From a candidate division WOR-3 bacterium (lineage in GTDB: Bacteria; Hydrothermota; Tepidihabitantia; Tepidihabitantales; Tepidihabitantaceae): a DNA stretch of 64,000 nucleotides. The first letter of the stretch is position 1, and the number at the start of each line of letters is the position of its first letter. The DNA is taken from assembly GCA_965649225.1 (NCBI GenBank), contig CBFGJX010000008.1:36328-100327 (forward strand), read 5' to 3'. Position numbers and translations under genes: made by a program. Shown here in pieces: positions 28,769 to 38,820 of the stretch. The notes under the pieces were generated by a model. The model was not told the DNA's origin. It searched no databases and saw nothing but the letters and a program-made list of their open reading frames with translations.

Positions 28769-28891
28769 GCTGTGCTCAGGGCTATCTTAATCGGCGCCGC
28801 GCCGACCTGTCAAGCCGGCCGCCCCACTTGCCAGAACGACGGTATCGGGCATAATCACTACTGCACTGGCAGATAATCATTAGGAGTCATT

Positions 28892-30370
28892 GTGAACCGA
28901 GAATCGATCGCTGCGGCAGTCAGGTCTGAACTGGACCGAATGGGTGCGGCAGGGTGCAGCTTTGCCGATGCCCGCTTCTACGATGAGGACCGGAGTGAAA
29001 CGCTGGTTTTGCGCGATGGCAACCTCGAAGCCAACCACGGGGCGCTGGAGCGCGGCATCGGCGTGCGCGTGCTCTGTGACGGGGCGTGGGGTTTTGCCGC
29101 TTCGGCGGAACTGGGGGCGATAGCTTCGGTGTTTGACCGGGCGCTGGCCAATGCCCGTGCCGCCGCCCGGCTGCCTGGTTTTCCCAAGACCATGGGTACG
29201 GCCAGTCCGGTCAAGGGCAGTTACCGGCCGCCGGTTGAGCGTGACCCGTTTGAACTACCGCTCGCCGACAAGCTCGGACTGCTGAAGGGCATCGATGCGG
29301 CACTGGCCGACCCGGCGGTGGCGCACCGGATGGTGATGGCCCGGTTTCAGCGCCGACGGATTCACTACTGGAACAGTGAAGGAACGGAAATTGACCGGGC
29401 GGTGCTCAACATTTTCGCTCAGATGATGGTAATGGCGCCGGATGCCGATGGCCGGATGCAGCGGCGCAGCTGGGAGCTGGCCGGCGACGGTGGCGGTACC
29501 CGTGGCTGGGAGTGGTTGGCCGATGACAACTGCTTCGGCGGCCACGCCGAGCGGATCAAGTCCGAACTCGGTCAGATTGTCGCGGCGCCGCCGATGCCGC
29601 CCGGGCGCCGGCAACTGATCATTCTGCCCGGCCAGGGGTTTTTGCAGGTGCACGAAACCATCGGCCACGCGCTCGAGCTTGACCGCATCCTCGGCTACGA
29701 GCTGTCGTTTGCCGGCGGTTCGCATGTCCGGCCGGAGATGATTGGCAGTCTGCGCTACGGTTCGAAGCTGCTCAACTGCCGGGCCGGAGTGACACCCAAT
29801 TCGCCCGGCACCTTCGGTTATGACGACGAGGGTACGCCGCAGTACGAATACTATCTGATCAAAGAGGGGATACTGGTCAACGTGCTGTCGTCACGCGCCG
29901 ACCTGGCCGAAGCCAATGCCAAGGCCGGTCGGACAGTGGTGAGCCGGTCCGGGGCCGCGGCGCGGGCCTGCGCATTCTACCGGACACCGATTGACCGGAT
30001 GACCAACATCAACATCGACCCGGGCGACGGCGGAACGCTTGAAGACATTATCGCCGCCACCGAGGACGGCTGTATCGTCGATGTGCCGGTGTCGTGGTCG
30101 ATTGGCTCCAACCGCGAGCATTTCCACTTCGGCTGCGAGATTGCCTGGCAGGTGAAGGACGGCCGCCGGCTGGGGGTCTGGAAGAATGCGACCTATCACG
30201 GCCACACGCTGGAGTTCTGGAATTCGCTCGACCGGGTCGGTTCGGCGCCGACCTGGCGGCTGCAGCAGGTGCCCAATTGCGGCAAGGGCGAGCCGAACCA
30301 GATTATGGAACTTGGTCACGGCATCCCGGTGATGCGTTTCGCCGGCGTCGAGACCGGGGAGAAGGAGTAA
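28892..30370 (+). CDS. tldD: TldD metalloprotease subunit
   Basis: GIGVRV...GAWGFA, HETIGHALELDR, YDDEG, RMTN, CGKG. Confidence 0.92.
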   Translation: MNRESIAAAVRSELDRMGAAGCSFADARFYDEDRSETLVLRDGNLEANHGALERGIGVRVLCDGAWGFAASAELGAIASVFDRALANARAAARLPGFPKTMGTASPVKGSYRPPVERDPFELPLADKLGLLKGIDAALADPAVAHRMVMARFQRRRIHYWNSEGTEIDRAVLNIFAQMMVMAPDADGRMQRRSWELAGDGGGTRGWEWLADDNCFGGHAERIKSELGQIVAAPPMPPGRRQLIILPGQGFLQVHETIGHALELDRILGYELSFAGGSHVRPEMIGSLRYGSKLLNCRAGVTPNSPGTFGYDDEGTPQYEYYLIKEGILVNVLSSRADLAEANAKAGRTVVSRSGAAARACAFYRTPIDRMTNINIDPGDGGTLEDIIAATEDGCIVDVPVSWSIGSNREHFHFGCEIAWQVKDGRRLGVWKNATYHGHTLEFWNSLDRVGSAPTWRLQQVPNCGKGEPNQIMELGHGIPVMRFAGVETGEKE

Positions 30371-30373
30371 GTC

Positions 30374-31750
30374 ATGCTGGAAAATCGCATCCGTGAAATG
30401 CTGTGCGATGCGCGCGACCGCTGCCGCAAAGCCGGGATGCAGGTTGAGTTTCTGTTTCACCGCGAACGGTCTTCACTGATCCGGCTGGGAAATTCTGCCG
30501 TGGCGCTTGCGACCGCCGAGCAGCTGACCCGGCTCGATGTCGCCGTGACCGACGGCCGGCGGACCGGTTCCTATTCGCTGACCGCGGACCTGGCGTCGCG
30601 GGCGATACTGGACGACGCGATCGAACGGGCCCGGGCGGCGGCAGCGGCAGCACTGCCGAAGGATTACGATCCGATTTTCTGCACGGTGCAGGAGCCGGTT
30701 GATGACAGCCGGGGGTTTGACCCGGCGCTGGAGGCACTCTCGCCCGAAGCCAAGACCGCACTCTGCGCCGAGGTAATCCGGGAACTGGGGCCGCGCGGCC
30801 ATTATGACTTCTCCGGTTCGTGGTCAACCGGTTCGACCGAGATTTACCTTGTCAGTACCGCCAACGACAACGAGGCCTACCGCCGGCTCACCGACGGCCG
30901 GCTGGTGATTGTGCTGAAAGAGCAGAACCGGAAATGGGAGCTGTCGGTCGAGCGTACCCAGAAGGCCGCGGGCGGTTTTTCGGCCGCCGATATCATCGCC
31001 GAGTTTGCCGCGCTGCTGCCGCTGTATGAGCGGAATGCCGGCTACAAGACGCCGACCGGCCGGCAGCGGGTGGTTTTTGCCGGACAGGCGGTGGCGGAAC
31101 TGGTGGCGCTGGCGGTCTGGGGCGGGTTCATCGGCCGGATGTGGGAAGAGAAGCGTGCTTATACCGCCGGACTGAAGCCGGGGGAGCGGCTGTTTGCCGA
31201 ATCAATCACGCTGGTGGATGACCCGGAGAATCCGGACTGCTTCGGAATGCCGTTTGACTTCAACGGCATGCGGCGGCGGCGTTTCACCATGGTCGAAAAC
31301 GGAGTTTTCCGTTCGGTGATGTATGACAGCAACACCGCGGCTAAATACGGCCGGAAGCCGACCGGTCACGACGGCCCGAACGACCTGGCGCTTTTGCCCG
31401 GCAACGGACCGGCCGGTATCGAAGCCGGGCTCAAACTTGCCGGTGATGCGCTGTTCATTCCCCATCTGCACTACATTCATCTGCCTGACCCGACCCGGGG
31501 GCTTTTTACCGGTTCGTCACGGTTCAACGCGCTGCGGGTCGAGGGCGGCCGCCTGACCGCGCCGCTTTTTTCCACCCGGGTGACCGATGAGATACCGTCG
31601 GTTTTCAACCATGTCGTTGCGGTCAGCTCGAAGTCGGTGCCGGTGAATGTCTCGGCGACCTATGACCGGCGCTCGCCCGACGCGGTCAGCGTGCCCGAGT
31701 ACATCGTTTGTGATGAAGTGCGGATTAACGATGTAGCGGACAGCTTCTAG
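30374..31750 (+). CDS. tldE: TldE/PmbA family subunit
   Basis: Directly follows tldD; PFD.NG, ENGV, PTGH, TG..R; lacks HExxxH. Confidence 0.82.
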   Translation: MLENRIREMLCDARDRCRKAGMQVEFLFHRERSSLIRLGNSAVALATAEQLTRLDVAVTDGRRTGSYSLTADLASRAILDDAIERARAAAAAALPKDYDPIFCTVQEPVDDSRGFDPALEALSPEAKTALCAEVIRELGPRGHYDFSGSWSTGSTEIYLVSTANDNEAYRRLTDGRLVIVLKEQNRKWELSVERTQKAAGGFSAADIIAEFAALLPLYERNAGYKTPTGRQRVVFAGQAVAELVALAVWGGFIGRMWEEKRAYTAGLKPGERLFAESITLVDDPENPDCFGMPFDFNGMRRRRFTMVENGVFRSVMYDSNTAAKYGRKPTGHDGPNDLALLPGNGPAGIEAGLKLAGDALFIPHLHYIHLPDPTRGLFTGSSRFNALRVEGGRLTAPLFSTRVTDEIPSVFNHVVAVSSKSVPVNVSATYDRRSPDAVSVPEYIVCDEVRINDVADSF

Positions 31751-31851
31751 ACCGGGTTTTTCGCGCGGCGGGCAGGTTTTTCTGTCCGCCGCGCTGCTTG
31801 TCCTTGACTGATAAAAGTCGTCGGCTATTCTTAGCGTGTCCGACAATCTTT

Positions 31852-31935
31852 GCCGAGGTGGCGGAAATGGCAGACGCGCTAGCCTCAGGAGTTAGTGGAC
31901 TCACCTCCATGGGGGTTCAAATCCCCCCCTCGGCA
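31852..31935 (+). tRNA. tRNA-Leu(CAG)
   Basis: Acceptor GCCGAGG/CCTCGGC, anticodon loop CTCAGGA, long variable arm, T loop TTCAAAT. Confidence 0.95.
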
Positions 31936-32112
31936 TAATCATAAGGTGGGGATTTGCTGCGGCGGGCCAGAAAGCCGCCGCAGTGCACCTCCCCCCCTCA
32001 GCTCAATCGTAAGGCCGGGATTTGCTGCGGCGGGCCAGAAAGCCGTCGCAGTGCACCTCCCCCCTCGGCATAGAGCTGCAGTCAGCTGCGGCGGGATGAA
32101 GCCCCGCCGCAG
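31922..32112 (+). repeat. 68-bp tandem repeat containing the tRNA-Leu 3' end plus a hairpin (2 full units and 1 partial)
   Basis: Units start at 31922, 31990 and 32058 with TCCCCCC(C)TC(G/A)GC; each is followed by a CTGCGGCGG...CCG(C/T)CGCAG hairpin. Confidence 0.9.
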
Positions 32113-32493
32113 TACAGTTCTGAGCGAGCGGTTTCTTTCAGTGTTGACGCCGACAGGGACTGCCTGACCGGCACTCCCCATCATTAGAGCCGCGCCAGCG
32201 TCTTTCGGCGACAATGACGATGGCAGAAAAGTCGGGCAGCGGCGGCCAGCTCGATGATTTTCAAGCAGTTGCTTTTCTGAGCTGGAGCAGGAAAAGGGGT
32301 TGGTTACCCCACCGTTCCCATGGGGGTGCTGGCCGGTGTGGGGCCAGGTGCTGCCGGCAGGCAGGGTGAGAGCCGGGACGGGTGAAAGTTCAAAGAGTCG
32401 AGACGGACATTGCCGGCTGGCGCCGGCGACTGTCTTCGGGGTGGCATCGGGTTATCAGTGAGCTGATGGTCAGGTGCGAGTGCGGCCGCGGTG

Positions 32494-33210
32494 TCAGTCC
32501 CGGCCGAACCAGCGGCGCAGTCGCAGTTTGATGACCAGCCAGAACGCCTGCCAGATGATCCGGCGCGACATCTTTGAGACGCCGGCCGAGCGTTCGGTGA
32601 AGACGATTGGAGTTTCGATGAACTTCAGCCCCCGGCGCACAATCGCGAAGACAATCTCAATCTGAAAGCCGTAGCCGTCAACGCGGAGCCGGTCGAGGTC
32701 GATCGATTCCAGCGCCCGGCGGGTGTAGCCCTTGAAGCCGGCGGTGAGGTCCCGCACCGGGATGCCGGTGCCGATGCGGGCATAAATCGATGCGCCGTAG
32801 GAGAGCAGCAGCCGCTTCATCGGCCAGCGAACGATCGAGATGCCGTCGCAATAGCGCGAGCCGATGACCAGGTCGTGGTCTTTGAGCAGCTCCAGCATCA
32901 CCGGCAGCCGGTCGGCCGGGTGGGAGAAGTCGGCATCCATCTCAAAGAAGCGGTCGTAGTCCCGCGCCAGGCCCCACTTGAAGGCAGCGACATAGGCCGT
33001 GCCCAGTCCCTGTTTGCCGGAGCGACGCAAGAGATGAACCCGCGGATTGTTGCGGGCCAGTTCGGCGACGATGTCGGCGGTGCCGTCCGGCGAGCCGTCG
33101 TCAATCACCAGAACGTCCAGCTCGGGTGACTGAGCGAGTACGAGCGGAATGATGCGGCCGATGTTTTCGGCCTCGTTGTAGGTGGGGATGCAGACCAGCG
33201 CGCGCGGCAC
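32494..33210 (-). CDS. Polyprenol-phosphate mannose synthase (GT2, Dpm1/Ppm1-like)
   Basis: IPTYNEAENI, DDGSPDGT, GLGTAY, EMDADFSH, GSRY, DLTAGF, GYGFQIE, SKMS; GTG 33210 preferred because TTGACA-17-TATCAT spans the upstream ATG. Confidence 0.92.
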   Translation of the reverse strand: MPRALVCIPTYNEAENIGRIIPLVLAQSPELDVLVIDDGSPDGTADIVAELARNNPRVHLLRRSGKQGLGTAYVAAFKWGLARDYDRFFEMDADFSHPADRLPVMLELLKDHDLVIGSRYCDGISIVRWPMKRLLLSYGASIYARIGTGIPVRDLTAGFKGYTRRALESIDLDRLRVDGYGFQIEIVFAIVRRGLKFIETPIVFTERSAGVSKMSRRIIWQAFWLVIKLRLRRWFGRD

Positions 33211-33392
33211 GGGCAATGATATTGACATACCGGAGAGGTGTCAACCGCCAGTGACCGGCCGAACAGGGGCAGGATTTGCGAAGTTTCGCAATAACAGGCG
33301 GTTAGTGGTTAAGAAATGCTAACGGCCAGCTTATTGCCCGATAACCGACGGTCTTAACATCAGGCCAAACCCGACCGCAAAAGGAGGCATGT

Positions 33393-34580
33393 GTGAAGAA
33401 GACCGTCGTCATTGCGCTGCTGGCGCTGCTGGCAGCCGGCGCACTGGCCCAGGACCCGGGCCACACGCAACTGGAGATGAACGGCTGGTTCCGCTACACG
33501 AATCAGTCCAGCAACTTCAGCATTACCGACCCGACGGTGAGCCGCTTCGCTCTCGAGCGCGGCTACATCCGTCTGGCACACCGCTGGACTCCGGCACTGT
33601 ATTCCAAGTTCACGGTTGACATGTTTTCGTCCGACAAGTATCCGGAAGGGTCAACGGTCCGGCTCAAGGAAGGATACATGGATTTCGCGATTCCCTTCCT
33701 GCCGGATTTTCTGCTGACCGCGGGTCTGCAGAAGCACTACTTCGGACTGATGTACTCCTGGGACTATCTGAACCCGGACAAGGACCTGGCGGACGACCGC
33801 GGCGTATGTTCCAGTGCCGACTACGGTATCACGCTCAATGGTTTTCTGCCCAGCGGTCTGGGTGAACTGCAACTCGGTGTCTACAACGGCGAAGGCTACA
33901 AGATGGCTGGCAAGTACGTGAGCACCTCGCCCGAGCTGCTGGCCAACCTGCGACTCAATCCGTTTGCCGGCTTGCAGTTCGGCGGCTCGGTCTTCACTCA
34001 CGACCGGGACATCTCGCATTACAAGAACGATGTTGCCGGCGGCAAGCGTTCAAGCGACAACAAGCTGCGGCTGATGCCGGATACGGCCAATACCAAGCGG
34101 CTGGCGTTCAGCCCGATGGTGCGGCTGGCGGTCGGTCCGGTTTACGTGCTGGGCAGCTATATCGGCTACAGCTACACCCGTTCCTACAGTCAGTACAAGC
34201 TTGTTTACGACACCGCCAATGTGCTGATTGATTCGACGCTTGAGACCAAGACCAAGGACTATGCGATGGGCGGGTTCGACGTGATGCCGGTCGTGACACT
34301 GCTGGGGCGCAGGCTCGAGGCCTGGGGCCGGTTCTCGACCTGGGAGCGCAAGGAGCAGTCGGGTGATTCGATGCCGGTCAATCTCGGGGTGAGTTTTTCG
34401 CGCATCGGCGCGGGAGCAAACTGGCATTTCTACCGCCGCAGCGGCGGCAAGCCCGGTGCCGTGCTCCAGCTGGCCTGGATAAGGGAAAACTCACGCCAGG
34501 AAGGCGTGGACCCAAAGGATACTTTCATGGCCCAGTTCCGGTTTGAGTGGGTTGCGGACGTTCCGCCGCCGCAGAATTAA
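33393..34580 (+). CDS. Putative outer-membrane porin heading the pst operon (OprO/P-like by context)
   Basis: Signal peptide, F.LERGY, G.YNGEG, amphipathic strands, C-terminal AQFRFEW; SD AAGGAGG. Confidence 0.7.
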   Translation: MKKTVVIALLALLAAGALAQDPGHTQLEMNGWFRYTNQSSNFSITDPTVSRFALERGYIRLAHRWTPALYSKFTVDMFSSDKYPEGSTVRLKEGYMDFAIPFLPDFLLTAGLQKHYFGLMYSWDYLNPDKDLADDRGVCSSADYGITLNGFLPSGLGELQLGVYNGEGYKMAGKYVSTSPELLANLRLNPFAGLQFGGSVFTHDRDISHYKNDVAGGKRSSDNKLRLMPDTANTKRLAFSPMVRLAVGPVYVLGSYIGYSYTRSYSQYKLVYDTANVLIDSTLETKTKDYAMGGFDVMPVVTLLGRRLEAWGRFSTWERKEQSGDSMPVNLGVSFSRIGAGANWHFYRRSGGKPGAVLQLAWIRENSRQEGVDPKDTFMAQFRFEWVADVPPPQN

Positions 34581-34595
34581 ATAAAGGAGACCAAG

Positions 34596-35453
34596 ATGAA
34601 GCGATTCGGTACAATTCTTGCGCTGGCCGCACTGGTCGGTGCTGCCCTGGCCGGCGAGATACTGGTCAAGGGCTCGGACACGATGCTCAATCTGACCCAG
34701 CGGCTGGCCGAGGCGTTCTCGGCCACCCGGGGGGATGTGACCGTATCCATCACCGGCGGTGGTTCCGGGGTCGGTATCAACGCCATCACCAACCGTGAGG
34801 CCGACATTGCCAACGCCTCGCGGCCGATCCGGTCGAAGGAAATCGGTACGGCCCGGGCCAATGGCGTCAATCCGGTCGAGATTGCCATTGCCATTGACGG
34901 GCTGTCGGTGATTGTCAATCAGTCAAACACGGTCGAGCGGCTGACAATCGACCAGCTGGGCAAAATCTACCGCGGCACGATCAAGAACTGGAAGGAAGTC
35001 GGCGGGCCGGACCGGAAGATAACACTCTACGGCCGCCAGCCGTCTTCGGGTACGTTCATGTTCTTCCGTGACGAAGTCTTGCGGGGCGAGTATTCGTCGG
35101 CGATGCGCCAGATGAACGGCAATGCCCAGATTATCGAAGGGGTCAAGGCTGACCTCGGCGGTATCGGCTATGTCGGTCTTGGTTACCTCAATGATGCAAC
35201 CGGCATCAAGCCGGTGAAGCTGTCGCGGGACGGGACGACCTACGTCTCGCCGCTGGACGAGGAACTGGTGAAGTCGGGACGCTATCCGTTGACCCGGCCG
35301 CTGTTCCAGTACACCAACGGCAAACCCAAGGGTGATGTGCGGGCGTTCATCGAGTTCGAGCTCAGCCCGGCCGGCCAGCGGATTGTCGAGGAAGAAGGCT
35401 TCCTGCCGGTCACCCAGGACTGGGTCGAAAAGAACAACGCCAAGTTGAAGTGA
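34596..35453 (+). CDS. pstS: Phosphate ABC transporter substrate-binding protein
   Basis: KGSDTM, GGGSGVG, DIANASR, SSGT, YPLTRPL. Confidence 0.95.
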   Translation: MKRFGTILALAALVGAALAGEILVKGSDTMLNLTQRLAEAFSATRGDVTVSITGGGSGVGINAITNREADIANASRPIRSKEIGTARANGVNPVEIAIAIDGLSVIVNQSNTVERLTIDQLGKIYRGTIKNWKEVGGPDRKITLYGRQPSSGTFMFFRDEVLRGEYSSAMRQMNGNAQIIEGVKADLGGIGYVGLGYLNDATGIKPVKLSRDGTTYVSPLDEELVKSGRYPLTRPLFQYTNGKPKGDVRAFIEFELSPAGQRIVEEEGFLPVTQDWVEKNNAKLK

Positions 35454-35459
35454 GGTTGT

Positions 35460-35495
35460 CCGGTGGCGGGAGGCCGGCCGGCCTCCCGCCACCGG
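35460..35495. repeat. Perfect 36-bp palindrome between pstS and pstC (likely mRNA-stabilising or attenuating hairpin)
   Basis: CCGGTGGCGGGAGGCCGGCCGGCCTCCCGCCACCGG is its own reverse complement. Confidence 0.75.
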
Positions 35496-35499
35496 TACC

Positions 35500-36390
35500 G
35501 TGATGAAGACACGCTATCTGGCTGACCGGACCGCCCGGGCGGTTTTCTTTCTCAATGCCCTGGTCGGGTCGCTGACGCTGCTGGGGATTCTGGCGTTTCT
35601 GGCGGTCTACGGGTTGCGGGCATTCCGGGAAACCAGCCTGCTGAAGTTTCTCTTCGGTACGGTCTGGAATCCGGACGCTTATGGCGAGCCCAGCTACGGA
35701 CTGTTGCCGATGCTGGTGGGCAGCCTGGTGACGACACTGCTGGCGCTGCTGATCGCGGTGCCGCTGGGGATTGCTGCGGCCGTATTCATTTCCGAGCGGC
35801 TGCGCGGCTGGCGGCGGGTGGCGGTGAAGACAGTCGTTGAGCTGTTTGCCGGTTTCCCGTCGGTGGTGCTGGGGTTCTTTGGCCTGGTGGTGGTGGCGCC
35901 GTTCATTGCCCGGCTGTTCAATGTGCCGTCCGGGCTGGGGGTGCTGAATGCCGGGTTGCTGCTGGCGCTGATGGCACTGCCGACAATCATCTCGGTGTCG
36001 GACGACGCCCTGCGGGTTGTGCCGCATTCCTACCGGGAGGCGGCGGCGGCGCTGGGTGCGACCCCGTGGACGACTGCAACCCGGGTGGTACTGCCGGCAG
36101 CCAAGTCCGGGATTCTCGCCGGCTGTATGCTCGGCTTCGGTCGGGCAGTGGGCGAGACCATGGCAGTGCTGATGGTGGCGGGCAATGCTCCGCACATGCC
36201 GAAATCGCTGTTTGATGCCACCCGGACGATAACGACCACCATCGCGATCGAGCTGGGGGAGACGCCGTTCTTCACCACTCACTACTATGTGCTTTTCGCG
36301 CTCGGGCTGGTGCTGTTTATCATTACCCTGAGTACCAATCTGCTGGCCGAGGCGATGATCCGGCGCGAGAAACGGAGCTTCATGCTGTGA
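35500..36390 (+). CDS. pstC: Phosphate ABC transporter permease
   Basis: PSVVLG, EAAAALGAT, RAVGETMAV. Confidence 0.95.
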   Translation: MMKTRYLADRTARAVFFLNALVGSLTLLGILAFLAVYGLRAFRETSLLKFLFGTVWNPDAYGEPSYGLLPMLVGSLVTTLLALLIAVPLGIAAAVFISERLRGWRRVAVKTVVELFAGFPSVVLGFFGLVVVAPFIARLFNVPSGLGVLNAGLLLALMALPTIISVSDDALRVVPHSYREAAAALGATPWTTATRVVLPAAKSGILAGCMLGFGRAVGETMAVLMVAGNAPHMPKSLFDATRTITTTIAIELGETPFFTTHYYVLFALGLVLFIITLSTNLLAEAMIRREKRSFML

Positions 36391-37298
36391 GCGTGACAAG
36401 GGAAAAGCCGCGGCCGGCAATTTCCGACCGACAGGAGCTGCGGCGGGCGCGCTATGCCTCGAACGCGCTGTTTGCGCTGCTGGCACTGCCGCTGGTGCTG
36501 TTTGTCGGCTTTATCGTGCTGATGGTGGTCTATCTGCTCGGCAACGGGTTGTCGGTGCTGTCGTGGCGTTTTCTCAGCCAGCCGCCGCTGGAAGGCATGA
36601 CCGCCGGCGGCATCCTGCCCTGCATCGTCGGTACTGCGTTCGTCACTTTCATTTCACTGGTGTTCTCGATACCGGTCGGGGTAAGCGGCGGCATCTATCT
36701 GGCCGAATACGCACCGGCCAACTTTGCCACCCGGCTGCTGCGGACCGCAATCCGCAGCCTGGCCGGGATTCCGTCGATCGTCTACGGCCTTTTCGGGGTG
36801 GCGCTGTTCGTTGCGGCGCTGCGGTTCGGCATGTCGGTGCTGGCATCGGGAATGACGCTGGGGCTGATGAACCTGCCCTGGATCATCACCACCGCCGAGG
36901 AGGCAATCACCGCCATCCCGTCGTCGTTCCGCGAGGGCGCGCTGGCACTCGGGGCGACGCGCTGGGAGGCAATCCGCAAGAACGTCCTGCCCTATGCGTT
37001 CCCCGGCATTCTGACCGGGGTGCTGCTGGCACTGGCGCGGACAATCGGCGAGACGGCGCCGATACTTTTCACCGGCGTCACCTACTACACCAGGCAGCTG
37101 CCGACTTCGCTTTCCAGCAAGTTCATGGCCCTGCCTTACCATCTTTTCACGCTGTCAACCCAGCACGACAAGATCATGCAGGTGCGGCCGCTGGCATTCG
37201 GCACTGCGATTGTGCTGCTGGTGGCGGTGCTGGCGTTCGATGCGCTGGCCTTTGCCATCCGACTGCGAATCGCCCGCACCAACAGCTGGCAGGTATAG
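36387..37298 (+). CDS. pstA: Phosphate ABC transporter permease
   Basis: [29 protein letters not shown]. Confidence 0.95.
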   Translation: MSVTREKPRPAISDRQELRRARYASNALFALLALPLVLFVGFIVLMVVYLLGNGLSVLSWRFLSQPPLEGMTAGGILPCIVGTAFVTFISLVFSIPVGVSGGIYLAEYAPANFATRLLRTAIRSLAGIPSIVYGLFGVALFVAALRFGMSVLASGMTLGLMNLPWIITTAEEAITAIPSSFREGALALGATRWEAIRKNVLPYAFPGILTGVLLALARTIGETAPILFTGVTYYTRQLPTSLSSKFMALPYHLFTLSTQHDKIMQVRPLAFGTAIVLLVAVLAFDALAFAIRLRIARTNSWQV

Positions 37299-37305
37299 GA
37301 GCAAG

Positions 37306-38064
37306 ATGGCGGAACAAACTCGAATCTCAATCCAGAATCTCTCGCTGTGGTTCGGCACCAACCATGTGCTGAAGTCCTGCAGTCTGGACATTCCGGCCAA
37401 TGCGGTTACCGCAATCATGGGGCCGTCGGGCTGCGGCAAGTCGACGCTGCTGCGCACGATTAACCGGATGAACGACCTTGTCGCCGGGGTGCGCATCGAG
37501 GGCCGGATAATCATCGACGGTCAGAACATTTTTACCGATGTCGACGTCATCGAGCTGCGCAAACGGGTCGGGATGGTCTTTCAGAAGCCCAATCCGTTTC
37601 CGAAGTCAATCTTCGAGAACGTTGCTTTCGGGCTGCGGATTCACCATCAGGGTGACCGCAGCGAGATCAGCGCCCGGGTTGAGGAGGCGCTGCGGGCGGC
37701 CAACCTCTGGGACGAGGTCAAGGACCGACTGCATGACAGCGCTTTCAGCCTTTCCGGCGGCCAGCAGCAGCGGTTGTGTCTGGCCCGGGCGATTGCCGTC
37801 CGGCCCGAGATTATCCTGCTCGACGAGCCGGCGTCGGCACTGGACCCCCATTCGACCGCCCGGCTGGAGGAGCTGGTGATTCAACTCAAACGCGATTACA
37901 CCATCGTCATCGTTACTCATAACATGCAGCAGGCAGCGCGGGTTTCCGACTGCTGTGCGTTTCTGATGCTGGGCGAAATCGTCGAGACCGGGCCGACTTC
38001 GACCGTGTTTACCCGGCCGCGTGACAAACGCACCGAGGATTTCCTGACCGGCAAGTTCGGATGA
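37306..38064 (+). CDS. pstB: Phosphate ABC transporter ATPase
   Basis: [45 protein letters not shown] before ATG 37306. Confidence 0.96.
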   Translation: MAEQTRISIQNLSLWFGTNHVLKSCSLDIPANAVTAIMGPSGCGKSTLLRTINRMNDLVAGVRIEGRIIIDGQNIFTDVDVIELRKRVGMVFQKPNPFPKSIFENVAFGLRIHHQGDRSEISARVEEALRAANLWDEVKDRLHDSAFSLSGGQQQRLCLARAIAVRPEIILLDEPASALDPHSTARLEELVIQLKRDYTIVIVTHNMQQAARVSDCCAFLMLGEIVETGPTSTVFTRPRDKRTEDFLTGKFG

Positions 38065-38130
38065 TGGCGCTTGCATTGTTTCGCCGGCTGGATGATAATC
38101 ATCTGACCGCGACCGGAACAGGAGTCTAAT

Positions 38131-38820
38131 GTGACAGTACTTGAAGGCCGAATCGCCGAGGTGAAGGAACGACTGCTGGAGATGGCGGGCATCGTCGAGG
38201 ACATGGTCGCCAGCAGTGTCAAGGCACTGGTGGAACGTGATGCGGCGGCGGCACGCCGGATCATCGATGAACAGGAAGCCCGGGTCAACCGGCTGGAAAT
38301 CGAAAACGAAGACGCGATCATCAGTCTGCTGGCGCTGCACCAGCCCGAGGCAGGCAATCTGCGGACACTGGCTGCCTGCATCAAAATCAACAACGATCTT
38401 GAGCGCATCGGCGACCATGCCGTCAACATTGCCGAGGCGGCAGATTTTCTCGTCGGTCTGCCTCAGCTCAAGCCGCTGGTCGATATTCCGCGGATGGCCG
38501 AGCAATCGGTGGCGATGCTGAAAGATGCCCTTGATGCCTTCACCCGTTCCGACCCCCGGCTGGCCCGCGATGTCTGTGCCCGCGACAGTATCGTCGATGC
38601 TCTCAACGACCAGATCAAGCGCGAACTGGTGACCTACATGACATCGGATGCCCGGGCAATCGACCGGGCGCTGAAGCTGATGATGGTTTCGCTCAACCTG
38701 GAGCGCATCGCCGACCTGGCGACCAATCTCGCCGAGGACGTCATCTACATGACTACCGGCGAGGTCATCAAGCACCATTTCACGGATAGTGATGAACAGC
38801 CGGCTGGTGGCAATCGTTGA
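38131..38820 (+). CDS. phoU: Phosphate signalling protein PhoU
   Basis: DLERIGDHAVNIAE and NLERIADLATNLAE repeats. Confidence 0.95.
   Translation: MTVLEGRIAEVKERLLEMAGIVEDMVASSVKALVERDAAAARRIIDEQEARVNRLEIENEDAIISLLALHQPEAGNLRTLAACIKINNDLERIGDHAVNIAEAADFLVGLPQLKPLVDIPRMAEQSVAMLKDALDAFTRSDPRLARDVCARDSIVDALNDQIKRELVTYMTSDARAIDRALKLMMVSLNLERIADLATNLAEDVIYMTTGEVIKHHFTDSDEQPAGGNR

Noticed and set aside
31922..32112. CRISPR array interpretation of the repeats
   Set aside because: Intervening sequences are near-identical rather than unique spacers, there are fewer than three full units, and no cas genes are present
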